Assembly: GCA_023271875.1 (NCBI GenBank)
Contig: JALPWY010000001.1
Coordinates: forward strand, 6,091 to 70,090
Length of the DNA: 64,000 nt
From: Nitrospinaceae bacterium
GTDB lineage: Bacteria > Nitrospinota > Nitrospinia > Nitrospinales > VA-1
Reading direction: 5' to 3'
Positions within the stretch are counted from its first letter, which is position 1. The number at the start of each line of letters is the position of its first letter. This document shows, piece by piece, positions 47,055 through 56,663 of the stretch. The notes under the pieces were generated by a model. The model was not told where the DNA came from and searched no databases. It was given only the letters and a program-made list of their open reading frames with translations. The position numbers and the translations under genes were made by a program.

Positions 47055-47999
47055 TCAAGAATCAAATATCGCATCATGAAAACGAGACATTGTAGATCCA
47101 TCCATCACAAAATTAGATTTCATTTCAACCGATTCTCCTACGAGTTCTTGAAGCATCATTTCAGGAATATTTGCCCCCGCATGAATGGTATGTAAAACAC
47201 CACTGCCAAAACGTAAATTAATATCAGTAAACAAAAATTCTCCCGATTCCTCTAAAAATCCTTGTAAATTAGCAGGGCCGCGCAGTTGAAGTCGAGTGCC
47301 TAGTCTTTTAGCGGATTCAATAATGTCAGGAATCAATTCAATTCGACTTACCATCACCTCGCCCGCTCGCGCTACCAACCTTTCTCGAGGGACTACCACA
47401 ACGGGAAGACCTTTTTTATTTGAAAACCAGTCAATACTAAATTCCCTACCTTGAACAAATCGCTGAAAAATATGATTTGGTAATTTTTTTGAATAAAAAT
47501 CAAACTCGGTCTGATCTTCTATTTTGAAACAATTCCTTCCCCCTTCCCCGTATGGATCCTTGGCAATCAAAGGAAATCCGGGAAATGGCTTCTTAGGATC
47601 AATCAAATCTGGTGAAGCAAAATTGTTCTGTGTAAAAAATTCTGCAAGCCTACACTTATTATTACTAATTTGAATTAGAGTATGAGCTGCTAAGTAAAGT
47701 AATAAGTCCCCCTCATCAAACCCAGCGCGGTTTTTATCCATAAAGTCAATGGCTTTGTTAGTCATAGGAAGAATGGCATGAATATTTTCCTTGGCACAAA
47801 TAGCTTGTATTTTTTCGACGCATTTTGGTTCCGAAAATTCAGGGATCACGTAGCTTTTATCCACAACGTTTAATGCTGCAGAGTGAGAATCGCTATCCGC
47901 TCCAACTATAAAAATTTTTATAGCAGTTGACTTTTTAAACGAGCGGAGCAGTGAAACTCTCCAATTAGGCGCCAGAAAAAGAATACGAATATCTTTCAT
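47055..47999 (-). CDS. ATP-grasp domain enzyme (carboxylate-amine ligase type, specificity unknown)
   Basis: FPLIAKDPYGEGGRNCFKI, FQRFVQGREFSIDWF, ANLQGFLEESGEFLFTDINLRFGSG. Confidence 0.7.
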   Translation of the reverse strand: MKDIRILFLAPNWRVSLLRSFKKSTAIKIFIVGADSDSHSAALNVVDKSYVIPEFSEPKCVEKIQAICAKENIHAILPMTNKAIDFMDKNRAGFDEGDLLLYLAAHTLIQISNNKCRLAEFFTQNNFASPDLIDPKKPFPGFPLIAKDPYGEGGRNCFKIEDQTEFDFYSKKLPNHIFQRFVQGREFSIDWFSNKKGLPVVVVPRERLVARAGEVMVSRIELIPDIIESAKRLGTRLQLRGPANLQGFLEESGEFLFTDINLRFGSGVLHTIHAGANIPEMMLQELVGESVEMKSNFVMDGSTMSRFHDAIFDS

Positions 48000-48026
48000 T
48001 CAGTCAGACCTCTATCACCAAAGCCA

Positions 48027-48635
48027 TCAAATGGAACGAAGGCATTCTATTTCCCGTAGAATCTTTGCCGAAGCTCCCCAAACACAGTTGGTACCATGCC
48101 AATACACATACTTACTTTCTCGTACCTTGCTAGAAAGATTTCTTTGTTTAGTGGAAAGTAGCTCGAGCAGCGGTATCTCAAATACACTCTCAACCTCATC
48201 GCTCAATTCACCAATCCTTGGAAGAGTCTGCAAAATAGCAACATAAGGAGTTACTTCGTATCCTGTAAGGGTTGTCACAACAGGAAGGGTGGCGTTTATC
48301 AAAACATCATCCAACTCCAATCCAATCTCCTCCTTCGTCTCTCTGAGCGCAGTCGACAATAAGTCGCCATCCTCATCTTCGTACCTTCCTCCTGGAAACG
48401 ACATTTCTCCAGGATGGATTTTTAAGTGTTTAGAGCGGAGAGTCATCAAAACAAAAATCTTATCATCACTAAGATACAATACCACCATGACCGATGCTAT
48501 CTGCGGACTCCGTACCACTGGTCCTCGAACAACGGGATGATGGTTTTCCATCTTAGTTTTTAAAGAGATTAAGTCCACAGCAAACCATTCACAGTTTAGT
48601 CTTTGATAAAAACAGTTTTGCTCTTTTAAGACCAA
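48027..48635 (-). CDS. Nudix hydrolase, CoA pyrophosphatase-like
   Basis: Nudix box GGRYEDEDGDLLSTALRETKEEIGL, preceded by LMTLRSKHLKIHPGEMSFPGG (NuCoA-type motif). Start uncertain (TTG 48635 or ATG 48551). Confidence 0.75.
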   Translation of the reverse strand: MVLKEQNCFYQRLNCEWFAVDLISLKTKMENHHPVVRGPVVRSPQIASVMVVLYLSDDKIFVLMTLRSKHLKIHPGEMSFPGGRYEDEDGDLLSTALRETKEEIGLELDDVLINATLPVVTTLTGYEVTPYVAILQTLPRIGELSDEVESVFEIPLLELLSTKQRNLSSKVRESKYVYWHGTNCVWGASAKILREIECLRSI

Positions 48636-48970
48636 ACCTCTTTATACTCAATTTCATCAAAGCCTACAGTTATTCGATTGCCATCAACTACAATTGGACG
48701 CTTAACTAATCTACCATTACTGGAAAGTAGCTCTATTGCTTGAGCTTCGGTCATAGCACCTATTTTGTCTTTAATTCGGAGCTTTTTGTACTGCTCTCCA
48801 CTGGTATTGAACAACTTTTTCATGCCCCTAGCCTTGATCGCTTTTTTTAAAACGGATTTTGGAGGCGGGGTTTCTGTGATATCTATTTCATCATAGGAAA
48901 CTTTGTATGCATCAAGAATTTTTTTTGCTTTGCGACAAGTCCCGCATTTATTGTAGGAAAAAAACTTCAT
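48626..48970 (-). CDS. ArsC/Spx/YffB-family thioredoxin-fold protein
   Basis: 114 aa. N-terminal CGTCRKAKK motif. C-terminal LVKRPIVVDG. Confidence 0.8.
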   Translation of the reverse strand: MKFFSYNKCGTCRKAKKILDAYKVSYDEIDITETPPPKSVLKKAIKARGMKKLFNTSGEQYKKLRIKDKIGAMTEAQAIELLSSNGRLVKRPIVVDGNRITVGFDEIEYKEVWS

Positions 48971-49237
48971 CTGTGGCCGACTTCTAGAATTACGTTAAGT
49001 GGCATTTAATTTCAACCTATTGTATATCAATTGTGTAAAACACTAGCCAAAATCCAGCTTTTAAGCCCTATGGCCCTTGAATAAACTTATCGGAACAACC
49101 ACAATATGTTGCGGCTATCAAATTTTATACCCCTAGAAGTGGTGTAATTTTTCCTTTACAACCCCCTTTGAATGGGCTAATCTTATATTCACAAAAGAGT
49201 TTAAAAGCCTTTGAAACCATTGAAGATACGGGTTCAC

Positions 49238-52200
49238 ATGCTATTAAAAAGTCTGGAATTAGACGGCTTCAAGTCATTTGTCGACGGAACTCACATCGAT
49301 TTTACCTCCGGGTTTACGGCTATCGTGGGTCCAAACGGATGCGGAAAAAGTAATGTTTCCGATGCCATCCGATGGGTAATCGGGGAGCAAAGTTCTAAAT
49401 CGCTACGTGGAACAAAATCCGAAGACCTTATTTTTAACGGTAGCTCCACCAGAAAGCCTGTTAACAGGGCCGAAATCTCACTAACCCTTAGCAGTGTTCC
49501 ACAAGGAATACGAATTGCGAACGTACCTAACGTTGCAGATGAAGTTAAGGTCACCCGTTGTTATCACCGTTCCGGCGAAAGTGAATTTTATATCAACCAA
49601 GTGCCATGCCGTCTGAAAGATATTACTGACTTCTTGCTGGATGTGGGTATCAGCCCAAAAGTCTTATCTGTAATCGAGCAGGGACATATTCAAGATATAA
49701 TCGCCTCGAAACCGGAAAACCGACGCATCTTGATAGAAGAAGCCGCTGGTATTTTAAAATTCAAACATCGCAAAAACGAGGCGCTACGCAAGCTAGATAC
49801 TTCAACTCAAAACCTTGAACGCATTAGTGATATCGTGCAGGAGTTGGGTCGTCAGGCAGAATTCTTAAAACGCCAAGCAGCAAAGACTGAACGCTATAAA
49901 AAATTCCAAGGAGAAATCAAAGAACTCTCCCTAAAATTGTTTGCCAAAAAAATTCGCCAATATACAGCTGACCTAAAAGTAATAGAAGAAGAGATCTCGA
50001 CCCAAGCTGAAAATAAAACCGCGAAAAATACTCGGGCTTCTTTTTTGGACAATCAAATCACTCAATTGAGCATTGAAATTGAAGAAACTCTCGGATTACT
50101 GAATGAAAAAAAAGAAAACGTGTATCAGTTGACGAATAAAATAAGTAAAAACGAACATACTATTGAACTAAAAAAATCACAGATTGATCAGGCGGAAACA
50201 GATATTCGCTCTGCAAAAAATGATGTCACTCATCTGCAGAAAGAAATAGCTGACCAAGCGGATCAAGCTAAAAATCAACGCGCCCAACTAGGAATTTTAT
50301 CTGAAAAAATAAGCAGTGTAGAAAATAAACTGGAAGAGTTGGAGAAACTAAAAAATTCCCGACAGTTACTATATAAAAGTACAGAGCAAAAGCGCCAACA
50401 AGTAGCATCGGGAACAGACCATTTGAATTTACTTAAGGAAGATTATCTAACGCAATCATCTTTACTGACATCGCTTAAAGAGTTGCGAAACAAATTCGAA
50501 GGATTTGAAGATGGTGTTCGATCATTAATGAACTATAACGAAAACGGTGGTCGCTTGAACGGACTCCGGAAGGTCTTGGCAGATGTCTTAAAAACACCTG
50601 TAGAATACGAAGCGGCTATCACGGTAGCGCTTGGAGAAAAACTTCAAAGCGTAATCGTTAATTCTTATGACGATTCTGTTGAAGCAATAACATATTTAAA
50701 AGAAAGCTCCTCGGGTCGAGGCTCTTTTATTCCTTTAAATATGAAGGCAAACCAAGACCCACCAGTCCATTTAAATGGCAATCCGGGCATACTCGGAAAA
50801 GCATTAAATTTCATAGAATGCGAGAAGGAGTATAAACAGGTCATTGAAATGTTGCTCCACAACGTGGTGCTCGTCACCGACCTTTCAACAGCAATACAGG
50901 TTTTTCAAAATCCAGAGTTTAACGGGACAGTAGTCACTCGAAATGGCGAAATGATTGATACTAAAGGAATGGTTTTTGGTGGTTCAGTTGATGAAAAAAA
51001 TACCTCCAACTTGCTTTCTCAGAATCGTGAAATGGAAGAACTTGCAACCAGGGTAAACCAATTGAACGAAAAATATCAAAATGCCCTTAAGGTTTTAGAT
51101 GAAAATAAAAACGTTTTGGAAAAAATGGAACTGGAAGTTGAAGAAAAAAGCCAGGCTATTCATCAGCTTGAATTAGCTTTAAAAGTTCAAATAGCGTCTC
51201 TAAAAGGGAAAAAAGAGAACACTTTAACCGAAATCAATCGACTAGACCTCCAACAAGATAACCATCGACACCAGATCAGCAAACGGGAAAATAACACGGA
51301 AGAAAGTCAGCAAAAAATAAATGACACTCAACAAGCAATAGGGATAATTGAAAAGGAAATTCTTGAGAGTGTGCGAGAAAAGGACCGACTTGAAGAAGAA
51401 GCTATAACCGATGAGGAAACCCTAAGAGAAAAAGAAGAATCTGTTAAGGGGATGGAGCAAGAATCAAAAGATCTTTCAAGAAAAATTCAAGAGCTTACGG
51501 AAACAATATCAAAAATTGAACTCAAGCAGTCTGAAATTAAAATGCAACTCGCTCATATTGAAGAGCGCACATTCGAAGATTTTAACGTGACGCTTCCGGA
51601 ATTATTGAACCGCTCCCCTGAAGAGTTTGACGTCCAAGAAGTTGAACAGAAAACTCGAGAATTGAAAGAAAAAATAGGGCGCATGGGTGAAGTGAATTTG
51701 GCTGCATTATCAGACTTCCAGACAACAAACGAACGTTACCAGTTTCTAAAAACGCAACAGGAGGACCTAGCCGACTCTATTCAGCTTCTTCACCAGACTA
51801 TTGAACGAATCAACCGCACTACCAAACAAAGATTTCTTGATACCTTTGAGAAAGTTAACGAAAATTTTAAGGAAATTTTTGCCCACCTATTTCGTGGAGG
51901 AAAAGCGACACTTTCTCTAACTGATGAATCTAACCCTCTAGAGTCGGGGGTTGAAATCAGCGCTAATCCTCTTGGAAAACGTATGCAAAATATAACCCTT
52001 CTTTCTGGAGGGGAAAAAGCAATGACCGCGATCGCTCTTGTGTTTTCTGTTTTTAAAGTACGGCCCAGTCCATTTTGCCTTTTGGATGAAGTTGACGCCC
52101 CTCTTGACGAAGCCAATGTCGTTCGGTTTCAGGAAATGCTCAAGCAAATGTCTGAAAAAACTCAGTTCATCCTCATCACCCACAACCAGAAAACCATGTC

Positions 52201-52276
52201 ATTCGCTGATGTGCTATACGGAATCACCATGGAAGAATGTGGTGTATCAAAAGCGGTTTCTGTAGACCTCAACTGA
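49238..52276 (+). CDS. smc: chromosome partition protein SMC
   Basis: MLLKSLELDGFKSF start. Walker A GPNGCGKSNV. Long coiled coils with a central hinge. Signature LSGGEKAMTAIAL. Walker B CLLDEVDAPLD. Confidence 0.9.
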   Translation: MLLKSLELDGFKSFVDGTHIDFTSGFTAIVGPNGCGKSNVSDAIRWVIGEQSSKSLRGTKSEDLIFNGSSTRKPVNRAEISLTLSSVPQGIRIANVPNVADEVKVTRCYHRSGESEFYINQVPCRLKDITDFLLDVGISPKVLSVIEQGHIQDIIASKPENRRILIEEAAGILKFKHRKNEALRKLDTSTQNLERISDIVQELGRQAEFLKRQAAKTERYKKFQGEIKELSLKLFAKKIRQYTADLKVIEEEISTQAENKTAKNTRASFLDNQITQLSIEIEETLGLLNEKKENVYQLTNKISKNEHTIELKKSQIDQAETDIRSAKNDVTHLQKEIADQADQAKNQRAQLGILSEKISSVENKLEELEKLKNSRQLLYKSTEQKRQQVASGTDHLNLLKEDYLTQSSLLTSLKELRNKFEGFEDGVRSLMNYNENGGRLNGLRKVLADVLKTPVEYEAAITVALGEKLQSVIVNSYDDSVEAITYLKESSSGRGSFIPLNMKANQDPPVHLNGNPGILGKALNFIECEKEYKQVIEMLLHNVVLVTDLSTAIQVFQNPEFNGTVVTRNGEMIDTKGMVFGGSVDEKNTSNLLSQNREMEELATRVNQLNEKYQNALKVLDENKNVLEKMELEVEEKSQAIHQLELALKVQIASLKGKKENTLTEINRLDLQQDNHRHQISKRENNTEESQQKINDTQQAIGIIEKEILESVREKDRLEEEAITDEETLREKEESVKGMEQESKDLSRKIQELTETISKIELKQSEIKMQLAHIEERTFEDFNVTLPELLNRSPEEFDVQEVEQKTRELKEKIGRMGEVNLAALSDFQTTNERYQFLKTQQEDLADSIQLLHQTIERINRTTKQRFLDTFEKVNENFKEIFAHLFRGGKATLSLTDESNPLESGVEISANPLGKRMQNITLLSGGEKAMTAIALVFSVFKVRPSPFCLLDEVDAPLDEANVVRFQEMLKQMSEKTQFILITHNQKTMSFADVLYGITMEECGVSKAVSVDLN

Positions 52277-52344
52277 CTCACCCCTTCCTACACAATCTAT
52301 TCTAGTTAAATTTTCGCATTATGGTGCGGATTTCATCGCTTTGC

Positions 52345-52372
52345 TTGATTTCAAGGTAATGATCTGTAAAAT
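52345..52372 (+). promoter_or_regulatory. candidate sigma70 promoter (TTGATT-N16-TAAAAT) for the LRR gene
   Basis: -35 at 52345-52350, -10 at 52367-52372, about 55 nt upstream of ATG 52426. Confidence 0.35.
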
Positions 52373-52425
52373 CTTAAGAATAGAATAAAATTTTAGCAAA
52401 GCTCCTTGCCTGAGTTATTCATTCA

Positions 52426-53775
52426 ATGAAAGAAGCAAAAGATATTGATGACAGCCTTGAATTTTTACGTTCGTTTGAAAAAAACGCAAACAATACTGAG
52501 CTTGGAGAACTCATCCTCCAAAGACTCGACCATCATAATAAAAGCCTCAACTTACAAGGGAACCGGTTTACAGAAACTGAATTTCAAAGTCTATTTTCAT
52601 TCGAATCTCTAAAGCATCTAAAATCAATTGACCTTAGTGAAACAGGGATGAATTCTAAGGCAATTAAACATCTTTGTTCATCTAAGTGGCTACACCACAT
52701 AACATCGCTACCATTAGCCAATAATAACTTAGACGATGAAGGAATATTTTTATTATCCAAAACAAACTGCCTCCCAAAGCTTACGTCTCTAGATTTATCA
52801 AGCAATGAGATTGGGGCATTAGGAGCAAAAGTTCTATCTCTTTCAAAATCACTTAATAGGATTTGCAGCCTAAATATTTCCTACAATCGGATTGAACCCT
52901 TAGGAGTCGACTCTTTAGCAAATTCTGATTTTGGACGACAATTAAAGTTTTTGCAACTTCGCGATACTTGCCTTGGAAACGAAGGAATGAAAAGTTTCTC
53001 TTCCTTCCGTTTAAACGAACTAGAATCACTTGATCTTTCAGACAATGCAATTTCTGATGCAGGATTAGAAACGTTAGCAACATCTAACTCGTTTCCAAAT
53101 CTAAAGAAATTAGTGCTGAACAATAATCACATAGGAGATGATGGTATTTATGCCCTATCCCAATCGAATATGTTTTGCAATCTTGAATCGTTGTTTCTTG
53201 CTAATAACGATTTAACAACTGATAGTGCAATTTCAATATCAGAATCACGTACTCTTACCCAGTTAAAAAGTCTCGACATTAACAATAATGATATTCGTGC
53301 TGAAGGAACAAAAGCGTTATCTGAATCGCCTAATTTAAAATCTATCGAATATCTGGACTTGGGAGAAAATAGATTAGGAACCGAAGGGGCAAAGGCTCTT
53401 GCTCAAAGTCCTAATATGAAAACATTAAAATTTTTGCGCTTAAATAATAATGACATTAAAGATGCGGGGATATCTGAAATGGCTAAATCAAAATATTTCA
53501 CTTCTCTCGAAAATCTTTTTTTAGAAAATGAAAATTGGATTCATTCTGAAGGGGCAAAATCTCTTGCAGTTTCAACTTCTTTCCCGTTGTTACGAATACT
53601 TGTACTTACTTTGAACGCAATAGGAGATGAAGGTGCTTTTCATTTAGCTGGAGAAAATAATTTAAATACTTTGGAGCAACTCAACGTCGCTGGAAATAAA
53701 ATTAGCCCAAGAGGCGAAGATGCCCTTAGAAACTCTCCTTATCTTCAGCACCTTAAAAATCTAGAACTGGTCTAG
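52426..53775 (+). CDS. ribonuclease-inhibitor (RNI)-type leucine-rich repeat protein
   Basis: About 14 tandem ~28-aa repeats of the form L..L.L..N.IGDEGA..LA.S....L (e.g. LKKLVLNNNHIGDDGIYALSQSNMFCN). No signal peptide. Confidence 0.8.
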   Translation: MKEAKDIDDSLEFLRSFEKNANNTELGELILQRLDHHNKSLNLQGNRFTETEFQSLFSFESLKHLKSIDLSETGMNSKAIKHLCSSKWLHHITSLPLANNNLDDEGIFLLSKTNCLPKLTSLDLSSNEIGALGAKVLSLSKSLNRICSLNISYNRIEPLGVDSLANSDFGRQLKFLQLRDTCLGNEGMKSFSSFRLNELESLDLSDNAISDAGLETLATSNSFPNLKKLVLNNNHIGDDGIYALSQSNMFCNLESLFLANNDLTTDSAISISESRTLTQLKSLDINNNDIRAEGTKALSESPNLKSIEYLDLGENRLGTEGAKALAQSPNMKTLKFLRLNNNDIKDAGISEMAKSKYFTSLENLFLENENWIHSEGAKSLAVSTSFPLLRILVLTLNAIGDEGAFHLAGENNLNTLEQLNVAGNKISPRGEDALRNSPYLQHLKNLELV

Positions 53776-53939
53776 ATAGAATTAATGCTGCTGCTTTAAT
53801 ATCAACTAAATTTAATTAATCATCTGGTACTCGTCTACCAAGTATCTATTCCCTCAAAGTAATCAGAAAATAAAACTACTAGAGTGAGGTCAAGAGCACT
53901 ATTTATCAGTCATTTTTTGATAGGAAGTTAGCTAAAATA

Positions 53940-54743
53940 TTACTTCCTGGCTAGGAGATTAAATGTGTTCTGAGTTTTTAAGACACTAGTTGCAAGGAAA
54001 GAGCTGAAGCCAAACCGTCTGGCGCAATATTTCTCAACTTTTAGGACTTTTAACCCTTCTTTGGTGAATAAGTCCGTTAGTCTGTGTGGATCTATTCCAC
54101 CAAATTGTCTTTGATAATCTGCGTGGTGATACTCATTCTCTAAAATCGATATTCTTTGCCGCGTCATTTTTCGTCGATAAAAAGCCTCATCAATATTAGC
54201 TAACGTCTTATGCATACTATAACGAATGGGTGTATTGATATTCTGTTTGAGAGGTTCAAAGAATATAAGAAACACTCCTCCAGGAATTAATCGATCGCAA
54301 TACATTTTTATCACCGATTCAAAATCGTACAGATGATGCAATAAAGCTGAGACGATAATCGCAGAGTATTTCTTATCATCGATATTAGCGAATGTTTCTA
54401 CATCACTGACAACTAATCGCGAACACTTCCTGTAATCCTTTGGGATTCGGCCTTCCAACACTCTTATCATTTCGGTTGATAGGTCGACTCCTGTTATTTC
54501 ATATCCTCGCTTTAAAAACTCGAGATACAAATAACCTGTCCCACATCCCAGCTCTAAAATACTTTCTCCCGAAGGATTCATCTCAAAACAAACACGATCG
54601 ATTGTTTTTCTTAGTATACGAGCTTGATAGAAATTGGTTTGTTCAGGGTGTCTATCAAGATAAAACTGATCTTCAAGTTTGTGGACACGTTTATTTTCTT
54701 CTAAAACCTTTTCTCTAGTCAGCGTCGATTCGGGAATTCTCAT
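53940..54743 (-). CDS. class I SAM-dependent methyltransferase
   Basis: Motif I ILELGCGTGYL, followed by an acidic motif II (GVDLS). Confidence 0.8.
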   Translation of the reverse strand: MRIPESTLTREKVLEENKRVHKLEDQFYLDRHPEQTNFYQARILRKTIDRVCFEMNPSGESILELGCGTGYLYLEFLKRGYEITGVDLSTEMIRVLEGRIPKDYRKCSRLVVSDVETFANIDDKKYSAIIVSALLHHLYDFESVIKMYCDRLIPGGVFLIFFEPLKQNINTPIRYSMHKTLANIDEAFYRRKMTRQRISILENEYHHADYQRQFGGIDPHRLTDLFTKEGLKVLKVEKYCARRFGFSSFLATSVLKTQNTFNLLARK

Positions 54744-54751
54744 TTTATTAA

Positions 54752-55597
54752 TTATTTGCTCAAAGTATTAATAAAAAAACGTTTCTCTGCCTTACTGCTT
54801 TCACACTCGTTACAATTAGCACAAGTATCAGGGAATTCACCTTTTAGATGCTGTTCACGCAGAAGATCCATCTTTTCGTTTTTCCACAAATTTGGGACTG
54901 TTTCATTTTGAGCACTCCCAATCATGAGGTTTGCATTGTAGTCAACGCAACAGGGAATTACTCTACCGTCCCATAGAACAACTAACTTCCCGTAGTCTTT
55001 CCCAAAAGGTTCTGGACAAACTTCGGTGCGAGGACTAGTGATTAGTTTTGGCTGTAAACGAACATGATCTACAATTTTTTCCCAGTGGGTAATATAATCC
55101 TCCGCATCCCCTTCCGTATCTTCTTCAACAGTAAAAACCACACCCATTTTTAATTTGGGACGTCTTTTCTCTTTTACTTTCTTTAGCTTATTAATATTTT
55201 GTTCGATGTTTTGTAGTTCTACCCCTCTTACGCGCTTAAAGGTCTCCGCCGAACCGTCAATCGAAAAACGAATGATATCTAGTTTACTGTCAACAATCTG
55301 ATCAATCATTTTATTCGTAAGGAGGGTCCCGTTAGTATTCATAACTACGTAATTGACCCCTTTGTTTTTGGCGTATTCAATCATCCTAAAAATATCCTTG
55401 TGCAAAAGGGGCTCTCCCCAATTATGCATGCACAAGTGTTCTAGGTCTGGACTGTCATCGATTATTTTTTTAAATAAATCAAATTCCATGAATCCACCTT
55501 CACGAGTCATACCCTCTGTTACAAAGCAAAAGGTGCAACGTAAGTTGCATGTATTTGTCGGTTCTATAATTAGAGATGTTATTTTTTTTACTTCCAT
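54752..55597 (-). CDS. radical SAM enzyme with Cys-rich SPASM/twitch-like C-terminus
   Basis: CNLRCTFCF (CX3CX2C). C-terminal CCVDYN...CANCNEC. ATG 55597 shares one base with the GT2 stop. Confidence 0.8.
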   Translation of the reverse strand: MEVKKITSLIIEPTNTCNLRCTFCFVTEGMTREGGFMEFDLFKKIIDDSPDLEHLCMHNWGEPLLHKDIFRMIEYAKNKGVNYVVMNTNGTLLTNKMIDQIVDSKLDIIRFSIDGSAETFKRVRGVELQNIEQNINKLKKVKEKRRPKLKMGVVFTVEEDTEGDAEDYITHWEKIVDHVRLQPKLITSPRTEVCPEPFGKDYGKLVVLWDGRVIPCCVDYNANLMIGSAQNETVPNLWKNEKMDLLREQHLKGEFPDTCANCNECESSKAEKRFFINTLSK

Positions 55598-56526
55598 CAA
55601 TCGATTACCTTGTGCACGATGTATTCAGGTCGATTTTGTATTTTCAAATGAACCCGACCAAGATATTCACCAAGAAAGCCAATAGACAATAATTGAACCC
55701 CTGCAAAAAAAGAAAATACCGCTGATAATACAACAAAGCCTTCAATTAAAATTCCAGCTACCAAGCGCTGATACAACAGAAACATCATTATAGAAAAGCC
55801 CACACCAGCACCCAATAACCCCAAATAAGTAACCAGGCGTAATGGAAAATTAGAATAACCCGTAATCAAATCCCAGGTTAAGCGAAGGAGTGGCAAGACT
55901 CCGTATTTTGTTTGGCCCATTTTTCTTAAATGATGATCAACTTCCACATGTACAGTGGGAACTGCCATCCAACTCATCAATACTGCCATATAGCGGGATC
56001 GATCTTGACATTGATCAATTTTTTCAATAACGCTTCGACGCATTGCGCGAAAAGAACTCAAATTTAATTTAAAACGGTTTCCAAACAGTACCTGTGCTAA
56101 AGAATGGAGCACCTTCGACCCTAAAATCCTTAATACACTATCCCGACGTTTACGCGGAATAGTTACAACAAGGTCGACTTCATCAGTGAAAGCACCTAAC
56201 AACCTCTTTATTTCTTCTGGTGGATTTTGCAAGTCTGAATCAATTTGAACAACAATATTGCCCCGGCTTTCTCGAAAACCAGCCAGAACAGCAGCTTGCT
56301 GACCAAAGTTCCTAGTAAACTTTACAACACGTATATTAGAATCTATTTTTTTCCATTTGCATATCAATTCGAATGAATTATCCGAACTACCATCGTCCAC
56401 AAATAGCAACTCGTACGATTTACCCCAGCTTTCGGCCTCTTTCTTTAGACGGGGATAAAACTCATGTAATACCAGCTCCTCGTTAAAAACTGGAATAACT
56501 ACTGAGACCTGTAATGAATCCATCAT
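55597..56526 (-). CDS. family 2 glycosyltransferase, polyprenyl-phosphate sugar transferase type (ArnC/GtrB/DPM1-like)
   Basis: SVVIPVFNEE, VDDGSSDNS, QIDSDLQNPPEE, plus two C-terminal TM helices. Confidence 0.85.
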   Translation of the reverse strand: MMDSLQVSVVIPVFNEELVLHEFYPRLKKEAESWGKSYELLFVDDGSSDNSFELICKWKKIDSNIRVVKFTRNFGQQAAVLAGFRESRGNIVVQIDSDLQNPPEEIKRLLGAFTDEVDLVVTIPRKRRDSVLRILGSKVLHSLAQVLFGNRFKLNLSSFRAMRRSVIEKIDQCQDRSRYMAVLMSWMAVPTVHVEVDHHLRKMGQTKYGVLPLLRLTWDLITGYSNFPLRLVTYLGLLGAGVGFSIMMFLLYQRLVAGILIEGFVVLSAVFSFFAGVQLLSIGFLGEYLGRVHLKIQNRPEYIVHKVID

Positions 56527-56663
56527 AAATCCTTAATTTTAACAAAATGCGTGGCACCGAATTCTTCCCGGGAAATCTAATTATTAACTAATGGTTTTGA
56601 TTCTCTTCGGTCAATATATTGCGCTCAAAAAGTGAAGGTACTTTTTTCAGAGCAGACCAAATT

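Noticed and set aside
56552-56566. TGGCAC at 56552 (and TGGCAT at 37654) as sigma-54 -24 elements
   Set aside because: The -12 TTGC element is missing at the required spacing (TCTT and AAGC respectively). The 56552 site is on the plus strand, where no gene follows.
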